A DNA stretch of 64,000 nt from a virus. The position numbers and the translations under genes are program-made. The notes below the pieces were generated by a model. The model made no database searches. It was not told the origin of the DNA and worked only from the letters and a program-made list of their open reading frames with translations. Position 1 is the first letter of the stretch; each line of letters starts with the position of its first letter. This document shows, piece after piece, positions 46,452-56,426 of this stretch. The stretch is from positions 1-64,000 of IMG/VR virus record IMGVR_UViG_3300041956_000050. One strand, given 5' to 3'.

Positions 46452-48213
46452 CGATGAGCTTCACGCCTGGATCAAGAAGAACATCGGTGTTGACATCCCT
46501 CGTGAGCCGGTCTGTGAAGATCACGTAGCACCCTTTCAGTTCCTGGCAGATCTCTTCTTCGAGCGCGTGCCCTCGGCGCTTGCGCTGGCGAATCGTGGTG
46601 GCTCCAAGACTTTCATCGTCGCGCTGCTCCACTACCTCAACTGCACGTACAAGGCCGGATGCGGCTGCCTGACCTTCGGGGCGACGGAGGCTCAGGGCAA
46701 TCGCTGTTATGGCAATATTGAGGACTGGTGCTACGTCCACGACGAAGATACTGGCAGGCGTACTGACACAGTTCTGCCGTTCATCAGGGAAAAGCCGAAG
46801 AAGTCACAGACGGTGTGGAAGACCGGCTCGGTGGTCGAGGTCGTGGCCGGGTCTGAGAATGCCGTCTCTGGCCCGCACCCGGCGAAGGCGCATGCCGACG
46901 AGATTGATCAGATGGAACGGCCGGTGTGGAACCAGAGCCGTGGTATGGCCGTCACTAATCGTGCCACTGGGCCGTTGCCGCTGTGGATGCAGAAGTACGA
47001 GGGAATGATCCCGCCGCAGGACATCGCTACGAGCACGCGCAACTCGACCAAGGGGCTGATGCAGGAGCTTCTGGATGAGATCGAGCAAGATGTCAAGGAT
47101 GGAAACATCGCACAGTTTGCGCTCTACACGTGGTGCATTTGGGAGACGATCAAGGAAGTCCCGAACTGCCGCTGTGTTGACAAGCGCCTGCGGCGGAAGC
47201 GCCTCAAGCAACTCGACATGGATGTTGACTCCCTCTGCGAGTGCAACCGCGTTGTGAAGGGCCGTTTGCCAAGTGGCAAGCCGAGGACCCTGGAGTCCAT
47301 CTGTAAGGGCAAGGCGTTCCGCTCGCGCGGCTGGAAGCCGTATGTAGATCTCGTGATGACGTTCAAGCGCAACACTCCTGGCACGTGGACGTTGCAGCAT
47401 GAGTGCCGCCACGGCATTGACGAGAACAACTACATCCAAGACTGGTCGCTGAACCTGTACGGCATCCGCCACTACGAGCCGCATCCGATGTACGGGCCGA
47501 TCTACCGGGGCGTTGACTGGGGATCGACGCACCCGGCCTGTGTGCTCTACTTCCAGTACCTGACAGCAGAGGTGCCAGCACTCGGGTTCGACTACGAGCC
47601 GATCTGGCTGGAGTCCGGGATCTATGTGCTGTTCCACGAGATCTACATCGCGGGCAGCGACAGCCAGACGCTCGCCAAGCGTGTCGTCATGGTTGACGAG
47701 CAGTACCGCAAGGAGTACGGCGGCGCTTGGAAGGTCAAGGCTACGTTCTGTGACCCGCAGGGAGCCGGTGACCGGATCATCTTCAACAATCACGGCATCC
47801 CTTCCATCTGGCCCGTCAAGACGCGCAACAAGATCCGCTTCATCGAGACAGTGCAGAACCTCGTCATTGATGACAAGTTCGCCGTCGATGTCGATGCCGC
47901 TCCGATGTTCTGCGAAGAGGTCGAGGGCTGGCAGAAGGACCCACGTACTGGCAAGGAGCTTGACAAGTACAACCACGCGATGGCGGCATGGCGCTACGGC
48001 ATCTCCAACGCCGAAGTGATCGAGAGCCACCGCAGCCAGAAGAAGAACAAGGCAGTCCAGTCCAATGGCGCACAGCCTCAGCGGCAGGCAGTAGTGAGCC
48101 GTCGCACACCGATGGCGGCTGAAGCTGGCGAGATCGTCTACGGTTCGATAGCATCGCGCGGAGGTTCGGCAGTTCCGCTCGACCCGCGCTTCACCCTCAA
48201 CGTGGACAAGTGA
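46276..48213 (+). CDS. terL: Terminase large subunit (start uncertain: TTG 46276 or ATG 46339)
   Basis: Walker A-like ANRGGSKT, Walker B AHADEID; nuclease motifs GVDWG..HP, CDP and NHAMAAWRY. Confidence 0.9.
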   Translation: MKIHPLLERVGVTEVPPVLAAMGITPETLDQLEPSDLRDIVSRVKTLSRRLQYEGPSNDDELHAWIKKNIGVDIPREPVCEDHVAPFQFLADLFFERVPSALALANRGGSKTFIVALLHYLNCTYKAGCGCLTFGATEAQGNRCYGNIEDWCYVHDEDTGRRTDTVLPFIREKPKKSQTVWKTGSVVEVVAGSENAVSGPHPAKAHADEIDQMERPVWNQSRGMAVTNRATGPLPLWMQKYEGMIPPQDIATSTRNSTKGLMQELLDEIEQDVKDGNIAQFALYTWCIWETIKEVPNCRCVDKRLRRKRLKQLDMDVDSLCECNRVVKGRLPSGKPRTLESICKGKAFRSRGWKPYVDLVMTFKRNTPGTWTLQHECRHGIDENNYIQDWSLNLYGIRHYEPHPMYGPIYRGVDWGSTHPACVLYFQYLTAEVPALGFDYEPIWLESGIYVLFHEIYIAGSDSQTLAKRVVMVDEQYRKEYGGAWKVKATFCDPQGAGDRIIFNNHGIPSIWPVKTRNKIRFIETVQNLVIDDKFAVDVDAAPMFCEEVEGWQKDPRTGKELDKYNHAMAAWRYGISNAEVIESHRSQKKNKAVQSNGAQPQRQAVVSRRTPMAAEAGEIVYGSIASRGGSAVPLDPRFTLNVDK

Positions 48214-48215
48214 AC

Positions 48216-50861
48216 ATGGCTGATGTGAATGTCAAGATAGATGAGGGCGGCGTCGAAGAGGAAGACGTTGCCAAGATCGAGAAGTCCGTCAAGGGTCTTG
48301 ACCAGGCCCCGACGACTGCTCAGCAGACACCGACTCAGGATCAGTGGACGGCGTTCAGTACAGCGCTCGGCCCACCGTTCGACTCTGAGCGCGTCACGCT
48401 GTATCAGATGCGGCAGATGCGCAAGGATGCGATGATCGCCTTCGGCCTGCACTACATCAAGGTGCCATTGGTAAGGGCAGAATGGCACATCGAGGCGCGC
48501 GACAAGGACGGCCCGAACGCACAAGTTGCCGCGTTTGTTGACGCCGCGCTGCGTCCGATCTACGCCAGGTACATGTTCCAGCGGATGCTCGCGCTCGACT
48601 TCGGCTTCCAGGCGATGACGAAGCGCTTCATCATGAAGAACCCCGGAGGGATCTATAGCGATCCCACAGAGGCCGACGAGACGCGCCAGATCAAGCCGAT
48701 TTGGGACGAGGGCAGCATCGATCCGGTGATCTGGAAGGCTCCTGTCCCGCTGCGCCCCGAACTTGTCAAGCCTGTTTTCGATGACAAGACTGGTGAGTTC
48801 GCCGGGATGACCTACGACGCTCCGCAAGTGCAGCGCCAGTCCACGAAGACGAGCCGTGGCAAGTCCAAGGGCCTGATGGAGATGGACGTGTACCACAGCC
48901 TGTGGGGCACGAACGCCAAGGACGACGAGCACGGCTCGATCTACGGCTTCCCGCGCACCGGCCATGCGAGGGACTACTGGTGGGCCTACAAGTTCCTGTT
49001 CCAGCTTTCCAACCGTGGCTACGAGCGCGTGGCGATCCCGCCCGTCGTGGCCTACCACCCCGAAGGCAGCAGCGTCATTGATGACACAACCGGTGAGACG
49101 CAGCCGAACTGGCAGATTGCGCTTGAGATGGCAGACCGGCTCCGCAGCAACGCGGTCGCGGCCGTGCCGTCAACAATGGCGGAAGCCGGACTGGGGGAAG
49201 CGTCCAACTCGCAGCGTGCGTGGGACTTCAAGTTCCTAGAGACGCCGTGGCAGTCACTGTCATCATTCGATACGCGCTTCAATTACCTGAACGTGATGAA
49301 GCTGCGCTCGGTGTGGGTGCCCGAGCAGGCTTTCATCGAGGGCGAGGGCGGCACAAGCTCGCGCAACGTCGCTTCGCAGATGGCCGAGATCTTCCAAGAG
49401 TCGCAGGCACTGTTGATGGAAGAGGCCGACGACGAGATCAATCGCTACATGATCCCGCAGCTTCTGATCGTCAACTTCCCGGAGTTCATCAACAATGGCG
49501 GCATTGCTCGCAAGGTGTCACACGGCTTCCGCAAGGAGGACATCGAGTTCTACAAGCAGGTGCTCCAGTTGATCGGCCAGAGCACGCCGGAGAAGCTGGC
49601 CGACGAGGTGGACGTGACCGAACTGCTGCGCCGGATGGGAGCGCCCCTGCGTGACGCCCGCGTGCTGGAGCGCGAGCGCCAGAAGCTCCAGGCACAGAGC
49701 GCGCTCGGATCGCCGCCTCTTGTCAACGGTGGTTCCGGCAACGTCAGCGTGATCGCCAATCCGAACGTCAACCCTGGCTTCCAGAATGGCGGCTCGGTTC
49801 CGTCACCGCGTGGCGGCGGCGCTGCGTCGGCGGCGGCTGGGTTCGCAGACCCGATGTATCAGCAGGCCACGATCTACATGCAGCCGCCGCCCCACATGGA
49901 CGCCTGGCTCGGAGACGCCGACGACTTCATCACGTCGCTACCTGTCAGCAAGCACTACACTGACAAGACGATTCGCTCGCTGTCGCTGCAACTGCGGCGT
50001 GTGTGGGAGGCCCACTTCCGGCGTCTGTATCCCGACTTCGCCAAGTACGTCAATGGGCTTGACACGCTCGAACTGGCCGATGGCAAGCGCGTGCGCATCA
50101 CCAAGAAGACGGCTGAGGCAGCGGCGCGCAAGATCATGGACAAGTGGGGCGTGGCCAGCGAGGAGATGGACAAGCTGGCCAAGCGCTCGGCAGAGATCAT
50201 CCGCAAGATGGTTGACAGGGGAGCCAAGCTCGATCAGAAGCGGACGCGGATCGATGCCGACCTTGACGAAGATGACATCGAGAGCTTCGTCGGAGAACAG
50301 GTGGGGCGATTGATCCGGCTCACAGATCGCACGTTCAAGGAGGAGATGCGTGGATTCGTCACCGACGCCATCCGAGATGGCCAAGGCCCTGGCGAGATTG
50401 CAGACGGCATTACGGCACATTTCGAGGGCTTTCCGACGACTCGCGCGGATCGTATTGCGCGTAGCGAGACTCGTGATGCGGTCAACGCTGCCACACTGTT
50501 GTCTGGTCAGGCATCCGGTATCCGCTACGTCCGGGCGACGGACGGCGAGGAGTTCGATGAGGACTGCAAGAATCGCAATGGGCGGCTATACACCGTTCGC
50601 GAGGCTTGGCGTGAGATGCGCAAGGAACACCCCAACGGCACGCTCGGGTTCGATCTCATCCCGCGAGCGAACTTCTCGGTCGAGTACGTGGCGCAGATGC
50701 CTGACGGAGCGCCCGATGACTCCCTTGCCTTCTACGATTCGGACTCAGAGACGGCCTTCGTAGTCTTCAACAGTGATGGCACTGACCAGTACCTGTCGGA
50801 ACTGGGCGAGTGGTTGATCCGCGAGGGCAGCAATGGCAACGGGGCGCATGCCAACGTATGA
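48216..50861 (+). CDS. Portal protein (DUF935/Mu gp29-like) fused to a MuF-like minor head domain
   Basis: Portal-like N-terminal ~490 aa (INRYMIPQLLIVNFP); C-terminal RADRIARSETRDAVN...C..RNG...HPNG. Confidence 0.85.
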   Translation: MADVNVKIDEGGVEEEDVAKIEKSVKGLDQAPTTAQQTPTQDQWTAFSTALGPPFDSERVTLYQMRQMRKDAMIAFGLHYIKVPLVRAEWHIEARDKDGPNAQVAAFVDAALRPIYARYMFQRMLALDFGFQAMTKRFIMKNPGGIYSDPTEADETRQIKPIWDEGSIDPVIWKAPVPLRPELVKPVFDDKTGEFAGMTYDAPQVQRQSTKTSRGKSKGLMEMDVYHSLWGTNAKDDEHGSIYGFPRTGHARDYWWAYKFLFQLSNRGYERVAIPPVVAYHPEGSSVIDDTTGETQPNWQIALEMADRLRSNAVAAVPSTMAEAGLGEASNSQRAWDFKFLETPWQSLSSFDTRFNYLNVMKLRSVWVPEQAFIEGEGGTSSRNVASQMAEIFQESQALLMEEADDEINRYMIPQLLIVNFPEFINNGGIARKVSHGFRKEDIEFYKQVLQLIGQSTPEKLADEVDVTELLRRMGAPLRDARVLERERQKLQAQSALGSPPLVNGGSGNVSVIANPNVNPGFQNGGSVPSPRGGGAASAAAGFADPMYQQATIYMQPPPHMDAWLGDADDFITSLPVSKHYTDKTIRSLSLQLRRVWEAHFRRLYPDFAKYVNGLDTLELADGKRVRITKKTAEAAARKIMDKWGVASEEMDKLAKRSAEIIRKMVDRGAKLDQKRTRIDADLDEDDIESFVGEQVGRLIRLTDRTFKEEMRGFVTDAIRDGQGPGEIADGITAHFEGFPTTRADRIARSETRDAVNAATLLSGQASGIRYVRATDGEEFDEDCKNRNGRLYTVREAWREMRKEHPNGTLGFDLIPRANFSVEYVAQMPDGAPDDSLAFYDSDSETAFVVFNSDGTDQYLSELGEWLIREGSNGNGAHANV

Positions 50862-50959
50862 CGGAAACCTCTTGACGCTGGACCTCGACATCACTGTATT
50901 TGGTGTTGTCATAAAAGTCGCTGGCACCATAGAGGTGCTGAACGTCCGAAGGCGTGTCA

Positions 50960-51223
50960 ATGCGCCCACGTAGGACACACAACACCACCCGCACACTGTC
51001 GCTCCGGGGAGGCACGGAGGACAACGATCTGTGGGTGTACGACCTCCCTGACGGCGACGGTCGGCATGTGATCGCCTCGGTGTGGGAGCCATCCGACGAG
51101 GAACGCAAGGCCATCGCTGAGGGCGAGAACGTGCGTCTGCTGGTGTGGGCCATCCGGGGCACCCAACAACCTGTCGCTATTGACACCACCGACGAGCTAC
51201 TGGGGAAGCCGCCGAATGAATGA
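50960..51223 (+). CDS. Hypothetical phage protein
   Basis: SVWEPSDEERKAIAEG...QQPV. Confidence 0.65.
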   Translation: MRPRRTHNTTRTLSLRGGTEDNDLWVYDLPDGDGRHVIASVWEPSDEERKAIAEGENVRLLVWAIRGTQQPVAIDTTDELLGKPPNE

Positions 51224-51938
51224 GATCTGGCTGTCAGACAATGGCGAGCCGCCGATCATGCTCGCTGTCAGAAAACCTGGCCAGGTGGCGGCGCAGCCTG
51301 ATGCCTCCGGCGCTGTTGTCAGGCGTGGTGCTGCCTCTGGCAACCCGAACTTCGATCCGGTCACCGGCAAGTTTGCGGGCAAGAAGCTCAGGGCGCTCAA
51401 GGATGGCCTGGAGGTGGTCGCTCAGACTGTGCAGCAGGGCGCGCTTCCAACGCAGAGCGGCGTCCCTACCGGCGTCGATGCCGATGCGTGGGCGCGCAGG
51501 CTGGCGGCAGTGCGTGACGCTGGCCGGACACTCGATGACCTGACGGCTGAGACGCTGACCGCATTCCTGCGGGCAAGGGTGCTGGATGTCAATCAAGTTG
51601 ACATTGGTCAGTTCCTGTCAGACGTGCAGTGGCAGCGGATCGCGGATCTGGCAGACGCGCTCCAGCAGAAGCACAAGGAGAAGGGCTTCGTCCGGATCGA
51701 TGCGACGAGTGGCTGGATCAAGAAGGTCTTCAACAACCTCGACGGCCCGATGGCCGGACATCTTGTCAAGATTCTTGAAGGAAGGGGATGGAGCCAGGAC
51801 GAGATCAAGAACAACATCATCAAGCGTGTCAAGAACAAGGAGATTCGGGGCTACCTCGAAACCCTCTATGGCACGCCGCTAGAGCAGGGCAAGGAAGAGA
51901 AGCCCCAAAAGGAAGAAGAGGTAAAGAGTGGCGTCTAA
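51216..51938 (+). CDS. Hypothetical protein (possible internal head protein)
   Basis: GNPNFDPVTGKF motif; lies in the late operon. Confidence 0.6.
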   Translation: MNEIWLSDNGEPPIMLAVRKPGQVAAQPDASGAVVRRGAASGNPNFDPVTGKFAGKKLRALKDGLEVVAQTVQQGALPTQSGVPTGVDADAWARRLAAVRDAGRTLDDLTAETLTAFLRARVLDVNQVDIGQFLSDVQWQRIADLADALQQKHKEKGFVRIDATSGWIKKVFNNLDGPMAGHLVKILEGRGWSQDEIKNNIIKRVKNKEIRGYLETLYGTPLEQGKEEKPQKEEEVKSGV

Positions 51939-52605
51939 CGGTAGGCTCCCGGCTAGTTCACTAGGGGCGATCCCTGGTGGTCGGCTGGAGAAGCATGCAG
52001 CCAATTCGTGGCTACGGCTGCGCGCATACATCGGCAAGAAGGCGAACGTCTGGATCTGTCCTACATCCAGCAGGACTGCTTACAGGACGTATGCAGAGCA
52101 GCAGTACTTCTGGAACCTCTACATCCATGGCCACGGCGCTCTCGCCGCACGGCCTGGCACGAGCAACCACGGCTGGGGCGTTGCTGTGGATGTTCCGCAA
52201 ACAGTGATGGCGGCACTGATCAACCGCTACGGTGCGGACTTCGGATGGCAGAAGCGCTGGAGTGATGCGCCGAGCGAGTGGTGGCACTTCAAGTACGCGC
52301 CGCAGTACGACAAGCACAAGGGCGAGAAGCCCGGTGGTGTCAAGCCCAAGCATCCGGCTCACTACCTGATGCGAGACGAGAAGCACTGGCGCGCGGTGCT
52401 TCGGCGCGAGCGCAGGCTGGCCAGAAAGGCTGGCGGCTGGGACAAGGTTGGTGATGATCATCGCACCATGGCCAAGCGCGCAAAGGCATGGCTGCGTCGG
52501 CGCATGACGCATATCAAGAAGGCTGCCAACTCCGAGAGTGGCGGCTGGAAGAAGCATCACCGCCGTGTCCGCTACAACTACATCAAGAAGGTTGTCGATG
52601 GCTGA
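51928..52605 (+). CDS. Endolysin, M15 (VanY-like) Zn peptidase with a basic C-terminal domain
   Basis: Motifs YRTYAEQ, AARPGTSNHGWGVAVD and EWWH. Confidence 0.9.
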   Translation: MASNGRLPASSLGAIPGGRLEKHAANSWLRLRAYIGKKANVWICPTSSRTAYRTYAEQQYFWNLYIHGHGALAARPGTSNHGWGVAVDVPQTVMAALINRYGADFGWQKRWSDAPSEWWHFKYAPQYDKHKGEKPGGVKPKHPAHYLMRDEKHWRAVLRRERRLARKAGGWDKVGDDHRTMAKRAKAWLRRRMTHIKKAANSESGGWKKHHRRVRYNYIKKVVDG

Positions 52606-52930
52606 GAACGAAGTCACTGAGTCGCCGGTCATGCAGACCGAGGACCATCTGGAAGAAGCGGTCCCCACCACAGAGGTGACAACAACGGTGTCAGACATCC
52701 CGGTGGACTACGGGAACCCTGGCGTTGCCGACATCGCTGACCCGGCGTTCGATGACGTGGAGGACGAGGACGACATGCCTGGTCCCGGCGAGCCGAAGGA
52801 CGACGACGAAGAGATCGAGGACGACGAGGACGAGATGGACGAAGAAGAGGAGCCGGTCGTTCCGCCTGGCATCGAGGAGGGCCAGACGGCCGAGCCGGAT
52901 TCCGAGTACGACCACGACCCGCAAGACTGA
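52598..52930 (+). CDS. Highly acidic disordered protein
   Basis: D/E-rich, 110 aa; overlaps both neighbours. Confidence 0.65.
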   Translation: MAENEVTESPVMQTEDHLEEAVPTTEVTTTVSDIPVDYGNPGVADIADPAFDDVEDEDDMPGPGEPKDDDEEIEDDEDEMDEEEEPVVPPGIEEGQTAEPDSEYDHDPQD

Positions 52931-53670
52931 TGACTCTTCCTCTGACTCCGAACAAGACGATCCCGTCATCGCTCCGCAGGGGTGATATGGGATGGCCGGT
53001 GTATGGCCTCCAGACGGGCCTCGACAAGCTCGGCCATGACTTGACGTTCGATGGCGACTTTGGGCCTGCAACCGATCTGGCTGTGCGCAACTTCCAGATC
53101 AAGCAGAAGCTCACCGTCGATGGCATCGCCGGTATTACTACCCAAGCTCGGATCGTCACGCTGATCGATGCCAAGACTCACGACAATCACCCTAGGCTGC
53201 CAACCGGTCTGCTGCGTGGGTTTGCGGAGTCAGAGGGAGGCAACAACCTCGGCGCTGTCAACTGGTCTGTCAAGGGTGGCGTCGATTGCGGAGTTGTGCA
53301 AATCCGCTGCTATGGCCCGCCGTACAAGTCGGAGGAGATGTACGCCGCCTATCACCCCGGCGTGGCGATGGAGCGGGTGGCAGTCACGTTCCTGGCGCGG
53401 ACGCTCAGCTATAGCGAGATGAAATACGCCAAGAAGCATCCCATCGCTTTCTCACAGCGGTGTGCAGCCTTGTCATGGAACTGGCCCTTCGCAGCACAGG
53501 AGTACGCCGTGAATGGCGCGCTCCCCAACCCCAACAGGATTGCTGACTGGGCGGTCGGTATCAAGTTCCCCGATGGAACACCTGTCCGGACATGGAAAGA
53601 CTGGGCACAGTTTTACGCCATGGGAGGCCCACACGGCGAGGGCAGAGTCACTCGCTACGTCCGCTGGTGA
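52930..53670 (+). CDS. Endolysin: peptidoglycan-binding domain plus lysozyme/transglycosylase-like domain
   Basis: LRRGD.G..V..LQ...DGDFGPAT..AVRNFQ...VDGIAG; ESEGG...AVN...DCGVVQI. Confidence 0.85.
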   Translation: MTLPLTPNKTIPSSLRRGDMGWPVYGLQTGLDKLGHDLTFDGDFGPATDLAVRNFQIKQKLTVDGIAGITTQARIVTLIDAKTHDNHPRLPTGLLRGFAESEGGNNLGAVNWSVKGGVDCGVVQIRCYGPPYKSEEMYAAYHPGVAMERVAVTFLARTLSYSEMKYAKKHPIAFSQRCAALSWNWPFAAQEYAVNGALPNPNRIADWAVGIKFPDGTPVRTWKDWAQFYAMGGPHGEGRVTRYVRW

Positions 53671-53681
53671 AAGGAGTATTG

Positions 53682-54080
53682 ATGGGAGGACTCACACAAG
53701 GAGAGCGCCCGGCGATCACGCCGCCACAGATCGTGGCGATGATCATCGCTGGCATTCCCCTTGCCGCGCAGTTCCTGCATGGTTTCGGGATCTACGATCT
53801 CTCGGCCGAGTCGCAGGAAGCCCTCAACAATGCTGTCACGTGGGCTGGTGTGTTTGCTGGCTCGCTGATCGGCGGCGATGCGGTGCTGAGGACAGGCCGC
53901 AATCTGCGCAAGGGCAAGGTCGAGGCTGTCCTGGCCGAAGGCGGCGAGGCTCACACGCTGGAGATCGTGCAGGACAGCATGCTCGTTCCGGCCAGCAAGC
54001 CGGTTGTCGCTACTGGCGGCACCCTCCAGGGCGGTGATCCGTCAACCAAGACCGGGTTCGAGGAGCCTCCGAAGCTATGA
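53682..54080 (+). CDS. Probable holin
   Basis: Two hydrophobic segments; follows the endolysin; SD AAAGGAG. Confidence 0.65.
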   Translation: MGGLTQGERPAITPPQIVAMIIAGIPLAAQFLHGFGIYDLSAESQEALNNAVTWAGVFAGSLIGGDAVLRTGRNLRKGKVEAVLAEGGEAHTLEIVQDSMLVPASKPVVATGGTLQGGDPSTKTGFEEPPKL

Positions 54081-54319
54081 CTCTGCGCGGGCACGAAGAT
54101 CTCAAGCCAAAGGCCATCGTCGGCTTCGACATGGGGTTCGCCCTGGTTGACTGCGGCGGTGAGGTGAAACGCTACCGGCTCGCTGTCGGGGCCATGGGCA
54201 ACCTGATGGCAGCGCCGGTCGATGAGGCGGCGCTGAATGGAGTCGATCAGCTAGGATCACTGACCGATCCCGGTCTTCGTGCCCCGCGTAGGCACACCAC
54301 AGTAGACCAACGGATGTAA
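54077..54319 (+). CDS. Hypothetical protein
   Basis: ATGA overlap. Confidence 0.5.
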   Translation: MTLRGHEDLKPKAIVGFDMGFALVDCGGEVKRYRLAVGAMGNLMAAPVDEAALNGVDQLGSLTDPGLRAPRRHTTVDQRM

Positions 54320-54328
54320 GGAGTATTG

Positions 54329-54631
54329 ATGGCAGATAACCACCCACGGCTGGTGCAGAACTCGAAGGGAGTGCGTTGTCAGCGCTGCACCGGCATTCAT
54401 GAATACCTGACACGCCTCAGTGACGACACCCGAGACTGCTCCACCCCAGTCGCCTTCGGTCCAGACAAGGCGCTCAAGATGGCAACCCTACTCGCCAACG
54501 GCGCTGAAGATGTGGTTCGTATTCCTGATGACACTATTGTCGTTATGGATGACAGCGCTCGTCGGCTGCCACGGTCAGGCACAGGGACCATCCGGCTCGC
54601 ACAGTTCACCACCGTCACACGTTCAGCGTGA
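54329..54631 (+). CDS. Hypothetical protein
   Basis: SD AAGGAG; CQRC motif. Confidence 0.55.
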   Translation: MADNHPRLVQNSKGVRCQRCTGIHEYLTRLSDDTRDCSTPVAFGPDKALKMATLLANGAEDVVRIPDDTIVVMDDSARRLPRSGTGTIRLAQFTTVTRSA

Positions 54632-54754
54632 GCACTGAAGCAGGTGGATGATGTCGTTATTCTTTTCGTCTGCCTGCTGTGTCTCTTCCTCATCGCCATC
54701 GTCTGGATTATCACGGCGCTGCCTGGGATCTAGCTAGTCGGGTATGATCGCGTC

Positions 54755-55297
54755 ATGAGCTTCCTATCTGACCGCGATCTGATGGTGCTCGGGCCGACGC
54801 TCGTGACGCCGTTCGATCCTGAATGCGTAGGTCCGGCGAGCATCGACCTCCATCTGTCCGAGGAGTTCGCGGTGCCGGACATGAACGCACGGCTGGCCTA
54901 CATCGATCTCGATGGCCCTGCCTCCTTCACCCGTCCTATCGTGCGGGCGTCGGCTGAGGACGGCTTCGTCTTGCACCCCGGCGAGTTCGTGCTCGGCGTC
55001 ACCGTTGAACAGGTCAGCCTTCCCGACAACATCGTTGGCAGGATCGAGGGCAAGTCATCGCTCGGGCGGCTCGGCCTGATGGTTCACATCACGTCGGGCT
55101 TCATCGATCCCGGCTTCAAGGGCTGCCTGACGCTACAGATGACAAACGTCCTGCGCATCCCCATCGTGCTGCGACCTGGCAAGCGCATCTGCCAGGCGGT
55201 GTTCGCCTACCTCACCAATCCTGCCATGAATCCTTATGACAAGGGTCGTGTCTACAACTCCGAAAGTGTTGTTCCCTCGAAGGGTGTGACGGCATGA
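54755..55297 (+). CDS. dcd: dCTP deaminase
   Basis: Motifs PASIDL, LHPGEFVLG, EGKSSLGRLGL and IDPGF.G. Confidence 0.95.
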   Translation: MSFLSDRDLMVLGPTLVTPFDPECVGPASIDLHLSEEFAVPDMNARLAYIDLDGPASFTRPIVRASAEDGFVLHPGEFVLGVTVEQVSLPDNIVGRIEGKSSLGRLGLMVHITSGFIDPGFKGCLTLQMTNVLRIPIVLRPGKRICQAVFAYLTNPAMNPYDKGRVYNSESVVPSKGVTA

Positions 55298-55506
55298 TCT
55301 ACTGCGGGAAGTGCGCAAACTCGCGCAACTACCCCACGTCGTCAATGCGGACAAGTCGTGGCTCGTGTGAGATCTGCGGTGGCTTCGATCAGATCCAAGT
55401 CAAGAGTCGCGACGGAATCTCGACCCGCAACCTGCCGAATTTCTCCTACCCCGACAACCTGTTGCCGTCAATGGTCGAGACAGAATCGGAGGAAGAAGTT
55501 GGCTAG
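55294..55506 (+). CDS. Small Zn-finger protein
   Basis: CGKC...CEIC. Confidence 0.55.
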   Translation: MIYCGKCANSRNYPTSSMRTSRGSCEICGGFDQIQVKSRDGISTRNLPNFSYPDNLLPSMVETESEEEVG

Positions 55507-55714
55507 GGTCCTCGTCACTTACTCCAAGCCGGTGCCAGGCTGGCGGGATCTCGACTGCTCGGAGCCGTTCCTTGAGCGCGGCACGACGTTCTCGTTCTAC
55601 GGCGCGGTGCCGGAGCTAGGCATCGAGGAAGTCAAGTGTGACGACATTCCTGTCGAGCACGCCTACATCAAGGATGAGGTGCTGTACGTGGAGGGGTATG
55701 CCAACTTCGGGTGA
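55499..55714 (+). CDS. Small hypothetical protein
   Basis: SD GGAGGA before TTG. Confidence 0.45.
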   Translation: MARVLVTYSKPVPGWRDLDCSEPFLERGTTFSFYGAVPELGIEEVKCDDIPVEHAYIKDEVLYVEGYANFG

Positions 55715-56102
55715 GATCGGGCGGGGCCTGGAGGAACGGATCGCGAAAGCGCTCGGTGGCACGTTCGTCAAGCAATCCGGTGGCGGCAGGTTCGAGAAAC
55801 TCGATGTCAAGGATGCTGCCAAGTTCGTGTACTTCGCCAGAGCGACGACCCGGATGAGCGATGCCGGGTTTCGTGCGCTGTGGAAGATGTGGTCAGAGAC
55901 GATCCGTGGCACGCGGGGACCGGCTGGCCACGGCAACGATGCGAAACCGGCGATGGTGTTCGAGATGAACGGTGAACTGCTAGTGACAATGCGCTTGGCA
56001 GATCACGTGGCGTTGGCGACTGAGGAGATTGCCCCCTACGTCCAGACAACCAAGGCCCAAGAGCGAAGGGCGCGGGCATTACAGAATCCGAGGGAACGCT
56101 GA
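55698..56102 (+). CDS. Hjc/PD-(D/E)XK-like protein, possibly catalytically degenerate
   Basis: G..LEERIAK.LGG....SGG....LDV; FARAT where EAK.T is expected. Confidence 0.55.
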   Translation: MPTSGEIGRGLEERIAKALGGTFVKQSGGGRFEKLDVKDAAKFVYFARATTRMSDAGFRALWKMWSETIRGTRGPAGHGNDAKPAMVFEMNGELLVTMRLADHVALATEEIAPYVQTTKAQERRARALQNPRER

Positions 56103-56425
56103 TGCGCGCATTCATCACGATCAACCTCAAGAAATCCACGAACGACAAGCCGGAGAGTCCAGTGCGGAGCATCGAGCTTCCGTACCTGACAAAGAATGGA
56201 TTGCCTGTCTTCACCCTTGACACAGAGGAACCGTTCTTCATTGGCACCGATTTCATCCAGATCGATGCGGTTCCCGGCATGATCGGTATCGCTCAGAAGG
56301 GTGACCAGATCTACTGTGTTGACAGCCATGAGGAGGTGCAGGCTCTCCCCCTCCGCATCATCACACAGAAGCAGTACGAACGCTTCCAGCACCTCGAAGA
56401 GTCGTTCGTGAAGGAGACGGTCTAA
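56102..56425 (+). CDS. Hypothetical protein
   Basis: TGATG coupling. Confidence 0.6.
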   Translation: MRAFITINLKKSTNDKPESPVRSIELPYLTKNGLPVFTLDTEEPFFIGTDFIQIDAVPGMIGIAQKGDQIYCVDSHEEVQALPLRIITQKQYERFQHLEESFVKETV

Positions 56426-56426
56426 A

